From NCBI GenBank assembly GCA_963709605.1, contig CAVPWX010000013.1:138447-202446 (forward strand): a stretch of 64,000 nt of DNA. The letters run 5' to 3'. The notes under the pieces were generated by a model. The model had not been told where the DNA came from. It made no database searches and saw only the letters and a list, made by a program, of their open reading frames with translations. The stretch comes from an uncultured Chloroflexia bacterium (GTDB taxonomy: Bacteria > Chloroflexota > Limnocylindria > Limnocylindrales > CSP1-4). The position numbers and the translations under genes are program-made. Shown piece by piece: positions 57,679 through 64,000 of the stretch. How positions within the stretch are numbered: position 1 is the first letter of the stretch; each line of letters opens with the position of its first letter.

Positions 57679-58329
57679 TCAGCCGGCGCCTCCCGCTCCC
57701 CCTCCGTCCTCCTCGCCGCGCCAGGCCTCCAGCGCCTCGCGGCCGATGAAGACGGTCATCCCCAGGGCGGCAACCGCGTCGGCCCACCAGAGGCCGAAGG
57801 CCGCGTTGGCCCCGAGCCCCACGAGCAGGCAGACCGAGAGCCAGAAGCAGGCCTCGGTCTGGAACGCGTCGGCCCCCATGGCCCGGCTCCCCAGCTGGAC
57901 TGCCACCCGTCGCTTCGCGCGCGCGAGCCACCACATGACGACGAGCGAGGCAACCGCCAGCGCAAGGCCGACCGGCGAGGCCTCGGGCCGCTCGCCGGCG
58001 GCGAGCGAGGTGATCGATTCCCAGGCGACGTAGGCCGCCAGCAACGCCAGCGACAGGGCGACGAGGCGCCGGGCCCGCCGCTCCACCTGCTCGATGCGGC
58101 GCTCGTCCGCGGCGCGCCGCTCCGCGTGCAACCGCCAGACCAGGATGATCCCCGACGCCGACTCGACGAAGCTGTCGATCCCGAACCCCAGCAGGGCGAC
58201 CGATCCCGCCGCCGCGGCGGCCGCGACGGCCACGATTCCCTCCACGACGTTCCAGCCGACGGTGAGGTACTCCAGGCGGAGCGCGTGCCGGAGGAGCGCG
58301 TCGCGGGGCTCGGCGACGGTCACGCCCAT
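57679..58329 (-). CDS. cation-efflux (CDF-like) membrane-domain protein
   Basis: Hydrophobic protein with ...LLGFGIDSFVESASGIILVWRL... and ..GADAFQTEAC.., resembling CDF TM2/TM5 metal-site helices. ATG at 58329 is preferred to the Pro/Arg-rich track N-terminus. No cytoplasmic CDF domain is present. Confidence 0.55.
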   Translation of the reverse strand: MGVTVAEPRDALLRHALRLEYLTVGWNVVEGIVAVAAAAAAGSVALLGFGIDSFVESASGIILVWRLHAERRAADERRIEQVERRARRLVALSLALLAAYVAWESITSLAAGERPEASPVGLALAVASLVVMWWLARAKRRVAVQLGSRAMGADAFQTEACFWLSVCLLVGLGANAAFGLWWADAVAALGMTVFIGREALEAWRGEEDGGGAGGAG

Positions 58330-58393
58330 GCCCGGCGCCGCATCAGCCGCCGGCGGCGGGGGCGGCCTCGGCTCGAGCCGGTCGCCGACGGCA

Positions 58394-58873
58394 TCATCCC
58401 CCGCCGACGGGGGCGGTCTCGACCTCGTCGCCCTCGAACGCCGCGATGGCACGGCGGTACTCGTCCGGGATCGGCGTCGGCCGGCGTGTCGTCGCGTCGA
58501 TGAGCACCAGGGTCATCCGCGCCGTGCACATCAGCCGGTCGTCGTCGACGCGGTAGGCGGCGCCCTCGGTCGTCACGCTCGTGCGCCCGATGCGGGTCGT
58601 CCGGACGAAGACCTCCAGGAGATCGTCGAAGACGGCCGGCGCCTCGTACGTGACCTCCAGCGCCCGCATGACGAGCTCCGGGTCGCCCTGCCAGAAGCGG
58701 ACCAGGCCGAGGTGGCGGAGATACTCCAGGCGGGCGTTGTCGAAGTACGGCAGATAGCGGCCGTAGTAGACGACGCCCTGGGCGTCGGTGTCGGAGAACC
58801 AGACGCGCGACAGCGCCGCGTAGCGGAACGGCGGGTGGCGGTCCGACAGGCGCCCCGTCTCGAGGTTCGTCAC
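58394..58873 (-). CDS. acyl-CoA thioesterase, 4HBT/YbgC hotdog family
   Basis: VWFSDTDAQGVVYYGRYLPYFDNARLEYLR is the YbgC/4HBT catalytic-Asp region. GTG at 58873 is in frame. Confidence 0.75.
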   Translation of the reverse strand: MTNLETGRLSDRHPPFRYAALSRVWFSDTDAQGVVYYGRYLPYFDNARLEYLRHLGLVRFWQGDPELVMRALEVTYEAPAVFDDLLEVFVRTTRIGRTSVTTEGAAYRVDDDRLMCTARMTLVLIDATTRRPTPIPDEYRRAIAAFEGDEVETAPVGGG

Positions 58874-59215
58874 GACGCGATCGTACGCCGCCCCCGGGCC
58901 GCCCGGGGTTGTCGCCGCCGGGTCGCGCGGGCGTGCCGGCGTGGCGGGGGCGTGCCGGCGACGCCGCGCGAGGGACGCCCGCGGCCTCCCCTGGCGACGA
59001 TCGCAGCCTGACGTGTGCGGCCATCCGAGATCCCCGGCGGGATCACGAGGCACGCCGTTCCGCACGAAACCCCGCGAGATCAGGGTAGATCCGTCCGGCT
59101 TGGCCGAGGTTTCGCGCCTGAAGCGGCCGCCGGGGATCCCCGGGGGGATCAGCCGCGGGCGGTGCCAGTCGGGGTCCGCGGGCGCCGCCGCCGGCCTGCG
59201 CTACGATGCCGCCAC

Positions 59216-59291
59216 GCGCCCGTAGCTCAGCGGACAGAGCATCTGACTTCGGATCAGATGGTCGGGGGTTCGAATCCCTCCGGGCGCGCCA
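59216..59291 (+). tRNA. tRNA-Arg (anticodon TCG), CCA encoded
   Basis: GCGCCCG-TA-GCTC-AGCGGACA-GAGC-A-TCTGA-CTTCGGA-TCAGA-TGGTC-GGGGG-TTCGAAT-CCCTC-CGGGCGC-G-CCA. This gives a cloverleaf with a 7-bp acceptor, a TPsiC loop of TTCGAAT, and an anticodon loop of CT-TCG-GA. Confidence 0.9.
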
Positions 59292-59297
59292 TTGTCA

Positions 59298-59342
59298 TGA
59301 GTCGCGACATAGGCGACACATGAGTCGCGACATAGGCGACAC
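59298..59342 (+). repeat. 23-bp direct tandem repeat x2 immediately 3' of tRNA-Arg
   Basis: TGAGTCGCGACATAGGCGACAC(A) at 59298-59320 and again at 59321-59342. Each unit contains the palindrome GTCGCGAC. Confidence 0.85.
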
Positions 59343-59358
59343 GTGTGTCACCCGGCTC

Positions 59359-59616
59359 GGACCCCGGCCATCGGCCGGGGTCTCTTCGTTGGTTGCGCCA
59401 GTAGCCCTTGTCGGGCTCGATTGGGTGGGCGGAGAGGACTTCGCCCGTGTCGAGGGCGACGACCGTCACCTCCTGCTCGTCGATGATGGCGAGGATCCGC
59501 CGGCGGGCGTGGGCCGCGCCCACCCTGGCCGCCTGGGTGATCGTCCAGCCCGACGTAACGCGGGCGACCAGCGTGCGCCGACCGAGCGGCGTCAGGCGCG
59601 CGTTAGCATGGGACAC
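59359..59616 (-). mobile_element. IS481-family transposase remnant (N-terminal HTH fused to the C-terminal tail; DDE core deleted)
   Basis: MSHANARLTPLGRRTLVARV..GWTITQAA matches the typical IS481-type N-terminus. ILAIIDEQEVTVVALDTGEVLSAHPIEPDKGYWRNQRRDPGRWP matches the typical C-terminal end. Nothing lies between them. Confidence 0.6.
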
Positions 59617-59705
59617 GAGGGCTCCCTTCGACGACTGCGACTTCTCACACCAGCAGCCGAACGATAGGGGCCCTCACCCGTCAACAACCCGATTGGGAAC
59701 TAGAG

Positions 59706-60433
59706 CTAGCCGAGGACGATCAGGCGCGACCGGTGGAACCGGAGCCGCACGATCCACAGCAGCACGGCGTCCACGACGGCGAGCACCGTGCACGCGCCGA
59801 GGATGACGATGACCACGTCACCCCGGACGAGCCAATCAGGGGGTGGGCCTCCGCCCGTGGCCGCAAGCATGAACGCGACGCCGCCCACCAGGAATGGCGT
59901 CATCAGCGCAGCGACGAGCACCTGCTGCGCCGACTGGACCGTGGCCGCCCGGAGCGACACCAGGACGCCGAGCGCGGCCGTGAACAGGCCCAGGACCAGC
60001 CCGAGCGCGCACATGCCGATGATCATCGCGATCGGGAACAGCTCGACACCGCCTGTCCAGTGCGTGACGTTGGCCACAAGCACGCTCACCGCCAGCATCA
60101 CCACGATCACCACCTCGTTGACCAGCACCGGCACGAGGAGCTTCCCCGACAGGATCGCCCCGTCCGACAACGGGCCGGCGAGGAGCGTGGCAAGGGTGCG
60201 GCGCTCCCGCTCTCCCGCGATTGCATCGGGCACGATCAACCCCACGACGAGAAGCGACGTCGCGATGACGAACACGGTCGGGAAAATCGGGTCGCGCAAC
60301 CACGCCGAACCCATCTCGAATGGCGCCCAGATCGGCAGGAACGCAAGCGCTACCAGCGGGAGGACGAGCTGCGTTCGGTTCCGGGCCGTGGCCAGAGAAC
60401 GCCATTCCTTCCACGCCATGGCGTCGACGCCCC

Positions 60434-60437
<4 letters not shown>
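59706..60437 (-). CDS. ABC-2-type transporter permease
   Basis: Six hydrophobic helices. ATGA overlap with the upstream ABC ATPase. Confidence 0.7.
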
Positions 60438-61408
<971 letters not shown>

Positions 61409-61712
61409 CCGTCCGCCTCCCGTGGCGCGGCTGCGATGGGCTGATTGTGAGCAGACCAGCGGGTGGCCGGGTAGAGCCGAAGGTCAGAGAGGGCGTCGCG
61501 CCCGTTGCGGGCGGCGCCTTGGTCGGCAGCCCCCTGTGCGCCCCAATGCCCGAGCGGGAGAAGCACCGCCCGGCCCCCAACGATGCCGGCGCTCGGGCGG
61601 TCACCGGATGTGGCCTCGTGCGGACGCGACTGTCCCGTGTTGTTCCTGCGCGTCCGACGCCCTCCGGGCGCGCCATGACAACCTGAGGCAGCGCGAGCGC
61701 CAGACCGTTGGC

Positions 61713-61928
61713 CTAGGCGGCCTGCGTCAGGCGCACCGAGACGATCGATCGCCCGACCACGGTGATGCGCTCGTAGATCGCGTGCAGGAGGTCAGCCTTG
61801 GGCTCCGGGACCTCGGCGGAGCCCCAGGTCTCAGCCAGCACCCGCAGCCACTCGACCGCCCGTTTCGCGGGCACGCCATCGCGCGGCGTCGCCTCGTGGG
61901 TCGCCAGGTGCGACGCTGGGGTCGACCC
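61713..61928 (-). pseudogene. possible C-terminal remnant of a recombinase-like gene (no start codon)
   Basis: Open frame ...[52 protein letters not shown], bounded upstream by TGA at 61929-61931. The tail resembles serine-recombinase C-termini, but this is weak. Confidence 0.25.
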
Positions 61929-61929
61929 T

Positions 61930-62415
61930 CAGCACAAACTGGTGGCGGGCGAGATCAAGTCCCGCGGCCGGCGGAACGTCGTCCAGGCGCGCTCCTTCGC
62001 CGACCTCCTCGAGCAGGCGCTCCGCCGCTACCAGAATCGGGCGATCGAGACGGCCCAGGTGATCGAGGAGCTGATTGCCCTCGCCAGGGACATCCGCCAA
62101 GCGTCGGCCCGCGGCGCGGCGCTCGGCCTCACCGACGACGAGCTCGCCTTCTACGACGCACTCGAGACCAACGACAGCGCGGTCGCGGCGCTGGGCGAGC
62201 CGGAACTCCTCGCCATCGCCCGCGAGCTGACCGAGCAGGTCCGGGCCAACGTCACGATCGACTGGACCGTCCGCGAGAACGTGCGCGCCCAGCTCCGGGT
62301 CCTCGTCAAGCGGATCCTGCGCAAGCACGGCTACCCGCCCGACAAGCAGGCCCGCGCGACGGAGCTCGTGCTCGAGCAGGCCGAGGTGCTCTCGGAGCTC
62401 TGGGCGGTCGCATAG
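61930..62415 (+). pseudogene. type I restriction enzyme HsdR C-terminal fragment (DUF3387 region)
   Basis: [41 protein letters not shown]...[21 protein letters not shown]...[33 protein letters not shown] matches the conserved HsdR C-terminal domain. The helicase and nuclease parts are absent. Confidence 0.7.
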
Positions 62416-62606
62416 GGGGTGGGGTGAACGTCGGGCGCGAACCGGCATGCAGACGGTCGCCCGGAGCCTCCTGGCGCCTGATGGCCCGAGCGGACCGGGT
62501 ACGAATGGACGGTCGTGGCCGCTCGCTCAGGCTCCAACTGGCCACCCATCGTGACCGAAGCCTTCGGCTGCTTGTTTCAGCCGGGAGCTGGAAGGCGAGC
62601 GCTCGC

Positions 62607-63503
62607 TCATGCCGGCGAGGGCATCCCGAGCGGTGCACTACGCAACTGATAGGCGCGGGTGGCGGCCCCACCGGCGATCGCCCAGAGGAACCAGCTGCCG
62701 TAGAAGAGACCGAAGACCCAGAGGTCGATCGCACCGGTGGCCATATCGCCACCGCCCGCCAGTGCGCTGACGAAGGCCCAGAAGGCAGCCGGGCCGATCA
62801 TGGCGACGATGGCGGTGGCGGACCAGCCCGCCGCCAGCAGCAGCCGTCGCGGCATCCGGCGCGGCGGTGAGGCGAGGAGCAGGGACAGAACGGCCGCGAG
62901 CGCCCACGGGATCGCGATCAGCAACGGCTCCCAGCCCGTGCCGGCCCCGCCGGGCGACATGAGCCCGAGCGTTCCTCCCAGCGCCCAGTGGACCCTGAGC
63001 ACGGGGTAGGGCAGCGCGAGCACGAACGCCACGTAGCCAAACCAAGCAGGTGCACACGTGAACGCCGGGGCGACCGGGTGCGCCAGGGTGCGACGCGCGA
63101 GCGCGACGACGGCCGCGAGCGCGAACGCCCGAGTGACCAGGGCCGGCCAGTAGACGGTGGACAGGACGATCTCCCCGGCGGCCGTTCGGTGACCCATGAG
63201 GCCTGCCGCGGTCAGCAGGTCGAACGGCAGCCCGCTCGCCGCCCACACCATGAGCAGGAGACCGGTCCACCGCAGCGCCCCCCGCACGCGAAGCCAGAGG
63301 GCAAAGCGATCGAGTGACATGATCCCCGCCGCGGCGAACCCGGCGGCGGCGAGCGGGAGCCAGTGCGGGGCGAAGGCCTGGGGGCCGTCCGGGTTCGGGA
63401 CGTATTGTGCCCAGGCCCAACCCAGCGCAACCGCGACGCACAGGGCCAATCCAATCCAGGGCTCGGCCCTGGCGCCTGGTGAATCACTCCACTGCGATCG
63501 CAT
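62607..63503 (-). CDS. hypothetical polytopic membrane protein
   Basis: About 8 hydrophobic helices. ATG at 63503 is preceded by GGAGGAAGG. No family recognised. Confidence 0.55.
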   Translation of the reverse strand: MRSQWSDSPGARAEPWIGLALCVAVALGWAWAQYVPNPDGPQAFAPHWLPLAAAGFAAAGIMSLDRFALWLRVRGALRWTGLLLMVWAASGLPFDLLTAAGLMGHRTAAGEIVLSTVYWPALVTRAFALAAVVALARRTLAHPVAPAFTCAPAWFGYVAFVLALPYPVLRVHWALGGTLGLMSPGGAGTGWEPLLIAIPWALAAVLSLLLASPPRRMPRRLLLAAGWSATAIVAMIGPAAFWAFVSALAGGGDMATGAIDLWVFGLFYGSWFLWAIAGGAATRAYQLRSAPLGMPSPA

Positions 63504-63589
63504 GATCCTTCCTCCCTGGGCCGTCAGGTGGGCACGGCGCCGTGCAGGCACGAGAAGCGACGCTCGGCACGCCGGAGGCAGCCCCATCG

Positions 63590-64000
63590 CTACCGCCCTT
63601 CGAGCTGCTGCACGACGAACTGCCCCAACCTGGTGTAGTTCGTCCCATCGCCTGACAACATCGGCGGCTCCCACTCGGCGTCCCACCAGCAGGCAACCCA
63701 GCTGATGCTGCGCTCACCGAGGAAGGCCATAAGGCGGTCGCCGTACGTGGCCTGGGTCCCGTTGAGGTAGCCCTGTGACGGGCTCGGGTTCTCGTCCATG
63801 AACCCCCACTCGGTCACCAGGACCGGGTGGCGCGCGGCGACGTCCCCGAACGAGCGCTCCCAGTCCACCCTGGTCCCCGGGTAGATGTGGACGGCGTACG
63901 CGACGTTGTCGTCGGCGATGGGGGTGTCGGCGACCCACGACGCATCGGAGGCGAAGTCGACGCCGCCGACGATGACGAGCTGCTGCGCGCCGCCGGCCCG
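63590..64000 (-). CDS. glycoside hydrolase family 5-like (cellulase family) C-terminal part; 5' end lies outside the window
   Basis: ...VAYAVHIYPG...HPVLVTEWGF... carries the GH5 nucleophile-Glu motif. The frame is open to the window edge. Confidence 0.6.
   Translation of the reverse strand, partial: RAGGAQQLVIVGGVDFASDASWVADTPIADDNVAYAVHIYPGTRVDWERSFGDVAARHPVLVTEWGFMDENPSPSQGYLNGTQATYGDRLMAFLGERSISWVACWWDAEWEPPMLSGDGTNYTRLGQFVVQQLEGR

Overview
Very GC-rich (roughly 70-75% by eye) bacterial chromosome segment, Actinomycetota/Chloroflexota-like in codon usage. Most long six-frame ORFs are Arg/Pro/Gly-rich artefacts. Real genes were picked by protein composition, recognisable motifs and ATGA/GTGA start-stop coupling.

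Content from left to right:
- Housekeeping genes (PIG-L deacetylase, Bcp).
- A TPP-riboswitch-controlled thiN plus YkoEDC-type ECF transporter operon.
- HAD and YbaK genes.
- A multi-GAF diguanylate cyclase with an in-frame HTH extension.
- A LysM/NodB gene.
- An amino-acid ABC transporter.
- A WYL regulator, a CAP-domain protein and an HD hydrolase.
- A divergent 12-kb sugar or amino-sugar locus: DeoR, ABC transporter, two Fe-ADH_2 paralogs, DegT aminotransferase, GH4, ROK kinase and a SIS protein.
- cydABDC.
- Directly upstream of cydABDC on the same strand, a roughly 16-kb array. It joins a phosphorelay, HdrC-HdrB, a soluble HdrD-like protein, EtfBA, a membrane EtfD-like CCG protein, HdrA, MvhD, a group-3 [NiFe]-hydrogenase and its protease. 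This is the most unusual system in the window.
- The right end is a decayed island next to tRNA-Arg(TCG): an IS481-type transposase remnant, an ABC-2 exporter, a recombinase tail, an HsdR C-terminal remnant, then a membrane protein and a partial GH5.

About a dozen genes are interrupted by single-base frame shifts, most at short G/C homopolymers. This indicates either indel-prone sequence or real gene decay, and it qualifies every functional claim. No rRNA or CRISPR array was seen.
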